Shown here: positions 37,987 to 49,900 of the stretch, one piece after another
How positions within the stretch are numbered: position 1 is the stretch's first letter
Layout: every line of letters begins with the position of its first letter
Assembly: GCA_951406725.2 (NCBI GenBank)
Contig: OX597819.1
Span: 30,380,001-30,444,000 of the forward strand
Source of the DNA: Octopus vulgaris
Lineage: Eukaryota
Length of the DNA stretch: 64,000 nucleotides
Direction of reading: 5' to 3'
Notes under the pieces: model-generated
Database searches by the model: none
What the model was told of the DNA's origin: nothing
Seen by the model: the letters and a program-made list of their open reading frames with translations, nothing else
Made by a program: the position numbers and the translations under genes

Positions 37987-40900
37987 GGGGGTGAAAGAGA
38001 GAGTGTGTGTGTATGCACATGTATATGGCTTAGTGGTTAGAGCACTGAGCTCACGATCATGAGGTAGTGAGTTTGATTTCTGGGCCAGGCTGTGTTGTGT
38101 TCTTGAGCATGACACTATTTCATGTTGCTCCAGTTCACTCGGCTGTAGAAATGAGTTGTAACATCACTGGTGCCAAGCTGTATCGGCCTTTGTCTTTCCC
38201 TTGGTTAACATCGGTGACATGGAGAGGGGAGGCATGGGCAACTGCTGGTCTTCCATAAACAACCTTGCCCGGACTTGTGCTTCAGAGGATAACTTTCTAG
38301 GTGCAGTCCCATGGTCATTCATGACCGAAGGGGGGGGGGTGTCTTTACCCCTTTCACTCTTGTTACATTTTGATATGGTGTGATAGTTGTAAAATGAGTA
38401 TAACCATTGCAGAAACAGTATCCTTTGTTTCCTGTCATATGTAGTTATGAGGAAATATTACCTTGCTGCAAAACAGGTTGGAGTTGGTAATAGGAAGGGC
38501 ATCTGGTTGTAGAAAATTTTCCTGAATGAATTCCACCTGACCCATGCAAGCAGGGAAAATTGTACATTATGATGATGATGAAACAATGATATAATTCATT
38601 TGTTTTAAAGCATTCAATCTTTTAGCTTATGTATATAATAGACACAGATCTGCTATGTTGATTGATGAGATAGGTATTTGTGAGAAGGTTACTTTGTTTT
38701 GTTGTATGATCTTAACTTTTTTGTCCTTTTTACCCTTACAGGTCTTAGAGGAAGTGAAAGTAGTGAAAGAAATTGATCGTAGCACTCTCATCGAAGTGGC
38801 TAGGACTTCTCTTTTTACCAAGCTTCATCATAAACTAGCTGCCAACCTAGCTGAAGTAAGTTAAACTTCTTTCATCTCACTTCTTTTATTATGTCATATA
38901 TTGCATGTCTTAACTTATTTTGTTGTACTTTGAGTATTTTATTTGGATCTTTTCAGTTTGAACGGCAGTTTTTTCTAGCGGTGTCATATGAAATTGTCAC
39001 CCATAATTATGACCCTAGTATCGATCTATTACATTTCAATCTGTTTTAGAGTTGGTTAGGGGTGGGGGAAGGGTATCTTTTTTTCTTCACAAATGTAAAT
39101 AAACACAATCTGTTTCTTAAACAAGGGACATATTCATAGGGCACAGAATGTTTTTTACCTCAATGGACGTCAGTGATTGGTTGAAATTGAAGAAGAAAAA
39201 ACAGCAAATATCTTACAAACTATAGAATTTTCTCATTAAAGGCAAGAGAAAAAGATGTTTTATAAACACATTCTACCAGTATACGAAGTTTAAAATTTTT
39301 TAGTTACCTAGAAATTATGTTAAAAACTGCCGTTCAAACCGAAAAGATCCTTTTATTTTGGTTTAACTAAATTGTTTTCTCTTAAAATTTAAAGGTATTG
39401 CAATGCATTTAAATATTTTAATGTTTTGTCCTTTCTTAATTTATACTAACTTATTTTGGTGGATTGATTTTTAAAATCATCTGTATTAAAATATTTCAAC
39501 TGATTTACACAAGTTTTAAGTGAAATTTTTGTTGTATATATGATTGTGAAATTTTGTTATTTTAAATTAAGTTTAACCCTTTCACTACCAACCCAGCTGA
39601 AATTGGCTCTGGCTCTGAGTACAAATGTTTTTGTTTTCATAAGTTTTGAATTAAAATCTTCCACCAAACCTTAGTTACAAATTATGTTCCTAACACTAGC
39701 TGAATGATAACTAATTTATTTTTACTAAATTCTTTATATTTAACCCATTAGTGTTTAAACCGGCCATATCTGGCCCAGATATTCTACATGTTTTACATTC
39801 AAACGGGCGATATCTAGCCTCTCACACCTAACCTACCTACATTGATATTCTAAAAACAAAGAATCACATCATTGAAACATCAAAGCTATAAGATAATGTA
39901 TGATTAATTCAAAACAATTTGAGTGAAAAATTATTACATTTAACAGAGTAATCTGAACACTAAAGGGTTAAAGTAATTGAAAGAAACACAGAGCATCTCA
40001 AAATAAATACAGTAACAAAAGGGTTAATAATGGAACATTTATAGATTGGGGACTCCTACTGAAAGTAATGTCAAATTTATTGTAAAACCCCAGTCAGTAC
40101 AAATAGTTTTATGAAATTTTTGGTGCTGAACTCAATTCTTAGTTTCTGCCTGTCAATATTTTCAGAAATATTTCAATTAGCTATTTTTTTATGGAGTGTA
40201 ACCTCCACCTCTGTCTTAGTGTAGGTTTCATTTTTATTCCTTTTTATGAGAATTGGTTTCATAATTAATTTCATCAAAATTTTACAATACATTTAACTTT
40301 TTTTGCTAAAACACACCCAATCATCGTTTAGTGTCCATTTTCCATGCTAGCAATATATGCTTTAATGAAATTCTAGTCATGAATTTAGATGGGTTTCATG
40401 AAGCAACTAATACATTTTTTGCTTGTTGGCGTATGAATGTGATTTTGGTAACACAAAAGGTTCTTAAAATAAATGTAATGCAAATTTTTTCTCTCCAAGC
40501 AAATGGAATTTAAAATTATTTGAATGTTGAATATCACCATAGAAAAAGAGTTATTAGCTAATCAGCAGGGTATACAACATTTTCATATAGAGGAATTGTG
40601 CTCGTTAGTTAATTTTCAATTGAACTAAAATATCCATAAAAAAGGTTTACCATAATGCTAAGACCAGAAAGATTAGAAGTTATCTGTCTGACCCATGCAG
40701 GCACGGAATAGTGGTTATTAAATGGTGATGATGTTTAAAGAATATTACAAAATGAGAATAGTATCCTACATAGGTACGCATAGCTGTGTGGTAAGAAGCT
40801 TACTTCCTAAACACATGGTTCTGGGTTCAGTCCCACTGCATGGCACCTTGGGTAAGTGTCGTCTATAACTTTGGGCCAACTAAAGCTTTGTGAGTGGATG

Positions 40901-43900
40901 TGGTAGATGGAAACTGAAAGAAGCCCTTTGAATACATATTTGTGTCTGTCCCCCCCACCCCCCACGATTGCTTGACAACTGATGTTGCTATGTTTATGTC
41001 CTCATAAATTATCAGTTCAGCAAAAGAAAATAATAGAATAAGTACTAGGCTTACAGAGAATGAGTCCTGGGGGTCAATTTCTTCGACTAAAACCGTTTAA
41101 GGTGGTGCTCCAGCATGGCTGCAGTGTAAAACAGGAAAAGAATACATAAAGACACACACACACACACAATGTTTCACTCCTTGTTATAGGTAAATAAAAT
41201 TTTAAAAGATATGAGGTAGATTTGTTAAATTTAGTTCATAAAATCAAGTCGTACATATTGATTGATTGATTGATTCTAGTTTCAGCTTATGAGCTGTGGC
41301 CATGCTGGGGCACCGCCATATATGCAAATTACTTCTGTAATGGAAACTTGTAAAGCATCCCACTGTATATCAGGCAGCTATGCAGAATGCACATTGGAAA
41401 GTCGCTTCAGTTGACCATCCTCTTAGAATTTTCCTTTTCTAATGTTAGCTTTCACAGCACAGTTTCTTGTTACAACTGATTTATCCCCCTTTTCTTTTTA
41501 TGGCGTTCAGATGAATTCTGAGGGATAGCCATCCTTCTGGTTGGCTTTTGCTCTTTATCCTGTTATTTTTTCAGTGAATAACCTGCTCTCAATTACTTAG
41601 TTGCATTTGCTTGGAACTGCAGATGGTTGCATCACTTATAGCCTTCCCAATTTGGATTATAGTAAAACACACATGATATTGATACTTACTACATACTTAA
41701 CCTGTCACCAGAACCCACTTACCTCCTAGTCCAGCAACTGGATAATAGTTCATCATTTGATTCATCTAATCTACACCACCCATGTAACTATTGTAATTAA
41801 AGTTCTCAAGAGTGCCATTTTCATTAATGTGTTCAGAACAAGTGGATGGAAAATAGAAAATTAGGGATCATAATTTTCTTTCCCCATGTATTAGTACACT
41901 GCTAGTGTCTCATACAAATATTAACATAGTTTCTAAAACCTTGTTTGCCTCAGGAAATGTACCAGTCACCAAGAGATTCATCTGTACTCCAGTAATTAGT
42001 GATCCTGGGCAGCTTTCTAATGCCTACAATAAAATAAAATGTCTGGTATCCTGGCATTTGTTGCATTTTCTATTTGATTTTTCTGCATTTTCTTTTAAAA
42101 GCCCTTCAGTCTGAATCATTAATTGTGAATATGAAAATAGTACATTTTTCTTTTCTAGTCATAGAATGTTAGATATTGTAATCATAACAATGTGGGGGTA
42201 AAAGATACCCCAAAATAACCAGAGAATACAAATATCATGCCAGAAAAGTTGGGCACATAATTGTTTATCTAGTGAAACCATGTTTTCATGAAAATAGTAA
42301 CAAGATTCATATTGACATTCCCATTTAACTATTAACCCTTTAGCATTTAAACCGGCCAAAAGTATTCTGCCTGTTTTATGTTTAAACTGGCCAGATCTGG
42401 TCTCTCACACCAACCCCACAATATCGTTTGAAAAATTAACAGCTACCTCATCAAAATCTCATAGCTACAAGATAATGCATGATTAGTTCAAAACAATGTG
42501 GATAAAGAAGCATTAATTTTGGCAGAATAATGCGAACACTAAAGGGTTAATGAATTACTTTAAGTGGTTTAGGGCTGCTTGATATTATAAGGCAAAAATT
42601 TTCAATCTGTTTCTGGCAGGATAATAATGAAAGTCTTAGAGAAAACAATTGACAAACTCTGAAGATATGGAATTGTTGTTGAAAATTAAAAAAATCAAAC
42701 TTGCTTTGAGTTCACTTTTATTTTGTAAGCACTTTCATCTTAACAGAGATCATAGTCTTCCATCAGGACCGTATCGCATCAGTTTTGGTTCTTTTACATC
42801 CAATATTTTGGTGAAAGTTTTCACTGCACTCCTCACTGATGTCATACTTTTCCATACACACACACAAAAAAAAAGAAAGAAAAAATGTATCTATATATAT
42901 AAAACTCTAGTTGTGTGAGTGTCTGTCCCCTTCGATTTAGATTCCTAACTCCTCCCACATTTTGCGGTGCAGTTTAACCAAATTCGGGTATCTTATAGTC
43001 GTGATTCATATCGAGCCCGTCTGACTATTAGCGCGCGTCAACGATGAGTCTACGATTTTAAAAATAATTTAACATTTTTGATTCCATTTTAAAGGATAAA
43101 ATGCATCGTGTGTCGATGGCGGCGGAGTTGGCGTCCACGCTCACAGCTGCACCTGTTTGCTTCTCCCCCTTCCCTCCCTCGTGAAGCTGTGGGGAAGGGA
43201 GTGTAAAAAAGTCAACGTCGTAATGCGTTGTGAAGGAAACCAGCGTTCTTTTAGAACAATGACTTCATGGCTTGAAGACACCAAAACAAAAATGGCTAAG
43301 AAAGCCCGAATTTATAAGGGAAGTAACTCTCTAAAAATGCTTATATAGTTATTTCCCTTACAAACCCGAGCAACGCCGGGCGATACTGCTAGTAATGAAT
43401 AATAATGCAAACGAAATAAATGCATTTTAACCCGTTATCATTTAAACCAATCGTATTCGGTTCAAATATTCTCCCTCTTTTATGTTCAAACTGTTTAGCA
43501 ATTTTGGAATCATTGGTTTGTGAAGTAAGACTCTTGAGTCTTGAGTTTTAGCTATGAACAAGCATGTGTCCATAGTAAACAAACTATTCGTGCCTTCACA
43601 GTATCACAGATTTTCATTAATATCAAATTTGCTGTCTGGCATGTAGTAGTCCCTTAATCTTTTAGTCTGGATGATGTGCGGCTAGCTCCTAACATGTAGA
43701 AATAAATTATAGTGACTTTTTTTTTCTCTTCATAGACTGGGAATAGCAAAGGCATAGCCCATCTCTCACCTCTTACTCATCTCTCTTGAGCAGGTTAACC
43801 ACTTCTACACATGAAGTGCTCAAATTTTGTTTATGTCACCAATAATCATTTCACTATACTGTCTATATGCCATCCAGAAATAGTCAATTTTCACAATTTT

Positions 43901-46900
43901 GACATCTGCTTAGTTCCAACATAATATCCACAAGATTTTTGCATTCTCTACTTTCATATTTACAATGAAATAATTTCAGTCATTTAGGTGGAAGGGGCTG
44001 TTCACTACAGTGTAACCCTCTAAAGAACAAAAATTGGAATTTAGGTGGAAGGGGCTGTTCACTACAGTGTAACCCTCTAAAGAACAAAAATTGGAATTAT
44101 GTAAATCTGTAATGGTTGAAAATAAACTAAAATTGGTGATGCAACATCTGGGTTTATTTGTTCCATTGTGTAATTATATGTATATTAACCATAGAAAATC
44201 TACTTCTGTCCTCTTGTTAGTATTGATATTTTTCTTGTCAATGTTTATTTTCCAGCAAATTGTTGATGCTGTTCTTGCAATCCAGCAACCTAATGAAGCT
44301 ATTGATTTACATATGGTAGAAATGATGGAAATGAAACATAAGACTGATATGGATACTACGTTAGTAAATTTTAATTAAGTTTTCAACACTTGAAAATTGT
44401 TTCTTGAGTATTAATCATTGTTTTGTAGGTTTCATCAGTTTCGTTTTGTGTAAATGTTGTAGAAGCATGAATTTTTTTTTGTACCTAAGAGAATTTGTTT
44501 TAAAATGTAATATTTCTATTTTCATTTTTTTTTTTTTTTTTTTGTCACTTTTCAAATGAAGATTTTATAAAGCTTAAAGGAACTGAGGTTATGTTGGTTT
44601 TAGCCAGTGGCATTCAACAGTTTACAATTTTGCATGCAAAATTGTAAATTGGGTATGCATAGCAATATAGTAAGGGTCCATGAAAAAATTTCGATTTAGA
44701 TGTATGCTTAGCAAGAAACAACTAGGTTTTCTTATGTTTTACATAATCCAACTTACACAAGTTGATAACGCGTGAACAAAATAAAGAAATTTTGAAAGCA
44801 GTATCTATAAAACCAATTTTTAAACATTAAGAGGCTGAGGGATCCACCAGAGTAAAATATTATTATTGGACTGACTATTCATCTTGAATCTATTTCAGTT
44901 AAACTGAAGTTCAGTATTGAGATTTCAAATTCAGTATCTAATTTTTTTTCTCAAAATAACTTGTTATAGTACTGAACAAAATAGTAAACTATTACTGATA
45001 AGGGGTAATTCAGAGTATTATGCGTGTTTACTTCCCTTTATGAATCTTACGTATTCAACATTCAATGTTTTATAGAAATTAACAATGTCCTACACTGAAT
45101 ACTGTATTGATTATTTTCTGAAAGAAAAGAAATTTTAAAATTTAAAATCTAAATTTTTTTTATATCTCTGTCAAAATTGTGAAATGTATGCCCTCTAGGT
45201 TAGCTTTATTTATTTATTTATTTTTTTGACAGTCTTTAATGTTTCAGTAATGTGAAAAACAACTTGTGGTGAAATATGTACCTGGTAATAAGTTAAACTA
45301 GTTTTTGCCTTTTTCCTAAGCTAGCATGGGTTAAATAAATGTGTTATCTAGGTGTTGTTTTACAGCTGGATATCCTTTTTGTCTCACCTCTGCCTTTTCA
45401 AGTAAGGGATCTCTTAGCTTGTCTTTAAAGGCTCAAAGCCAGTAGACTAATTTTTGAAAGAAAACATGACAAGTGTTTGAAGACTATGTAAACACATTCG
45501 TTTATCATATACACTTGCATCACTAACATATCAAATATGTACATTTGATGAACTTCTTTCAGTTTCCACATACAAGATCCACTTGGGGTTTTGGTTGGCC
45601 TGGAGCCATAGTAAAAGACACATCCCCAAGTTGCTTCAAATGCAACTGAACTTAATATCATCTGGTTGGGAGGCCAACTTTTCTGCTATGTGATCATGTA
45701 TGTTGATTACTTTGTACTAATCTGATCATTGACAAACTTTTGATAATGTTGTCTTTAAAAGTGAAGAACTTCATAAGAATGTCAACAAATGTCACTGTTT
45801 TAGCTCAGCATCTTCGTGTGAAACTGGGCTACAAGTTATCAGAAAGACATACATGGCTTAAGGCTACAATAAGCCTGAGGGGTTACACAATGAAATTGAA
45901 CTTGAGGTCATGTGGTTACAAAATGAATTCTATATTAACACAGCCAATAGCACAACAAAATCTTTAAAAAGCCCACTTTTCCTCTGGGTCATTTCTTTAG
46001 GGTACATTTTTTTTGCCTTCTCTGAACATAGCAAGATACATTTCAATTATACCAACTATAATTCTTGTTGGAAATTACCATAAGTTTTAAATCGAATAAT
46101 AAATTAATCTAAAGATTATCAAATATCTTAAAATTTTAGTTATTTTACTGCCTCCCCCATTGATAAATTTAACAAGCTTAGCTGCAGATGGACAAGGTGA
46201 CTTATTTTTTTGGTTTTTATTACATGTGTAACATGTAGTTTTATTACATGTGAGACAAAACAACCACTAGGTTTTTACTCAGATTCTCTGTACAATTTCC
46301 CAGCTTTCTTGTATTTCATAGCATTTATATTTAAAACCATCAAAAATAAATCTTCGGTGTTTGCTGTTTGAATAATATGCTAATTATACTGGATGATATG
46401 TTAATTATACTGAATGCTGCAAGTGGGTTTTATGATAGCAATGCTTAATTGAATAATGCAATATTAACCGCTTGTTCTCTTCCAGACTTGTTAGAGGTAT
46501 TGTCATGGACCATGGAGCAAGGCATCCTGATATGAAGAAGAGAGTAGAAAAGGCTTACATATTAACTTGCAATGTGTCACTGGAGTATGAAAAGACGTAA
46601 GTAGCTTTCGTTTTCATATTGTTTATTAAAATCTACTCCCTGTCATGTATTTAATGTAAATATACAGTTTTTGTACCTGGCTTTCGTTGACATGTTGAAA
46701 GCCTTTGACAGGGTCCCCCAATCCCTTATGAGGTGGTCAATGAGGAAACTAGGGATAGATGAATGGTTAGTGAGATCTTTGCAAGCCATGTACAGGGACA
46801 CTGTCAGTAAAGTGAGGGTTGGCAACGAGTACAGTGAAGAATTCCGGGTAGAGGTAGGGGTCCACCAAGGTTCAGTCCTCAGGCCCCTCCTATTTATCAT

Positions 46901-49900
46901 AGTCCTCCAGGCAATAACAGAGGAATTGAAGAAAGGATGCCTCTGGGAGCCCCTCTATGCCGACGACCTTGCTCTAATTGCTGAGTCACTATTAGAACTA
47001 GAGAAGTTTCAGGTGTAGAAACAAGGATTAGAATCGAAGGGCTTTAGAGTCAACCTAACAAGTGGCAAGATTGGATGAGGAAAGCTGTGTGAAAAAGTGC
47101 CACACCCTAGCGGTTGAGGGAACCTGTGAATGAGGTAGACCCAGGAAGAGCCGAGATGAGCTGGTGAAGCACGACCTTCGAACATTAGGTTTCACTGAAG
47201 CAATGACTAGTGACTGAGACCTTTGGAAATATGCAGTGCTTGAGAAGACCTGGCAAGCCAAGTGAGACCATAACTGTAGCTTATGCCAGGGTTGTAACCA
47301 GCCCACTTATGTGTACCTTTCCTTCATTGGACACTAAACTCTGCTTGTGAAGGCCTGTTGAGGCAAGTGAAATCGAAATCAAACCAAATTCACTAATTTG
47401 ATGACTGGCACCCATTGCCAGTGGAGTGCTCAGAGCAGCAAAGTGGCTTCCGTGCTGGTGGAACATAAAAAGCACCATTCAAATGTGATCATTACCAGCA
47501 TCGCCTTACTGGCACTTGTGCCAGTGGTACATGAAAAACATTCAGGCGAGGTTGTTGCCACTGCCGCTGGACTGGCTCCTGTGCAAGTGGCTGTTGCCAG
47601 TACCGCCTGATTGGCCCTCATGCCAGTGGAACATAAAAGCACCCACTACACTCTCGGAGTGGTTTGTGTTAGGAAGGGCATCCAGCTGTAGAAACTCTGC
47701 CAGATCAGACTGGAGCCTGGTGCAGCCATCTGGTTTGCCAGTCCTCAGTCAAATCGTCCAACCCATGCTAGCATGGAAAGCAGAGGTTAAACAATGATGG
47801 TGATGATGTTTAATTGCCTTAAAATATATTTACTTATTGCCTCTGTTTGAAATTTACATATACTAAGTTGAATGTAGCATTTTTGATGAGTGGTGAAACA
47901 TTTTTTTTTCTTTGTTTGAATGCTTCTAGGGAAGTAAACTCTGGATTTTTCTACAAAAGTGCTGCTGAGCGAGAGAAGCTTGTAGATGCTGAACGAAAAT
48001 TTATTGATGATAGAGTACAAAAGATCATTGAACTGAAAAGGAAAGTTTGTGACAACAATAACAAGGGCTTTGTGGTTCTGAACCAAAAGGTAGGTTTGTT
48101 TTAATAATGTGAGATGCTGCTCCTGTGAATGAGGTTAATGTGCTAAACTATTTATTAAATTATCAGAGCTTCAAACTATCAGCTGTTATTAACAAGGCAC
48201 ATAATTCTACTGGCTCTAGTAGACTTGGCTAATGATAAGATTATGCACCTACATCACACATAAGATGCTAAAAACCAAATATATCTGAGTGGTTAAATAG
48301 TTCATGACCATGGGATTTGGGGTTCTGTCCCGCTACAAGGCAGCTTGGGCAATTAACTTCTGCTATAGTTAAAAGTTGACCCATGCCTTGTGACTGAATT
48401 TGATAGCTGGAAACTGGAAGCATGTGTATGCTTGTGCATGCATCTTTACCTCTACTGCTTGACAACCAATGTTGGTTTGTTTGTGCTCTCTGTAACTAAC
48501 CATTTTGGCAAAAAGATATCAATAAATAAGCCCCAGAGTCAATGTTGACTAAATCCTTCAAGGCTGCTGTCCAATGACAAACAAGTAATAAACAAACTTG
48601 AAATATTGTAATTTCAGTTTGATATGCTGATAATTAATCATTAGAACTATTTCTTTAACCATTTTGTTACCATATTTCATTTGGAATACCCTGCTTTTGT
48701 TTCAATTTAATTTTGAAAATAATGAACAATTCAGTAAAACCGCTTTTAAGCTGGTGTTTGGAACATAAATTAACATAAAAATTCTGATGGGAGGTTTTGA
48801 TTCAGTTCACATTAAAGCAGGAAATTGGTCTCGAGCAACCAAGGGCTCTCAGGCAGCTTGATATTAAAGGGATTAATTACTGTTGTTCAATATCAAAAAT
48901 TGTGTTTGAAAATGTGCAAATGCAGTGTATTTATCTTTTACTTCTTTCAGTCATTTGACTGGTCATATTGGGGCACTGCCTTGAAGGCTTTTAATTGAAC
49001 AAATCAGCCCCAAGATTATTTTTTTTTTGTCAAAGTTTGGTACTTACTCTATTGGTCTCTTTTGCCAAACTGCTAAGTTACAGGGCGTTAACACACCAAC
49101 ACCGTTTGTCAAGCTGTGGCGGGTGGATAAACAAACACAACAACACACTCACATAGATATATGCACATATATGACAGGTTTCTATCCACCAAATCCATTT
49201 ACAAGTCTTTGGTCGGCTCGAGGCAATAGTAGAAAACACTTGCCCAAGGTGCCACTCAGTGGGACTGAAACTGGTAAAAAAAAATTGATGGAAAAATTAT
49301 TTGAAGAACCCATCCTTCTGTCAGTTGTTCTCACAAATGGTGTTGCACTCAACACCTTCTAATAAAAACCTCTGTTACTGGGAATAAATTGTTTTAGTCA
49401 GAATATACAACACTGCATATAACGGATATGGAGCGCCGTTTCTTTTCCTGGGTAGTCTACGCTATTGCAACTATGTACAAGTTACTGTTATGAGCCAAAA
49501 AAAAAAAAAAAATTAATATAGATTTCAGTTGTCTCCCTTATGTTATTACGAATTCTCTTAAGGTCTACAACATTCTACTTTGTAATTTTGATTGAGCGTT
49601 TTCAGAAAGGTCAGTGTCTAAAACATTGATGTAGTTAGCCTGCATTTCACTGTTCTTCATGCAAAAGTCTTTTCTGGGAATTTTTCTGTCATTATTTTGA
49701 AATGTCCTAATTATTGATTCATTCGATATAGTCTCTGTCATACTTTATTGAGGAGCCCTTATTGGACTGAAACATGTTTAACCCTCTTGCTGTACTTATT
49801 AAAGATTATACTCACGTTGTATGCTTTTAATATTTTCGGATTTTGGAGTCGGCTCCTTTGTCTCTATTGGCAAAATTCTCTGTATTATGGGTGTTATTTT

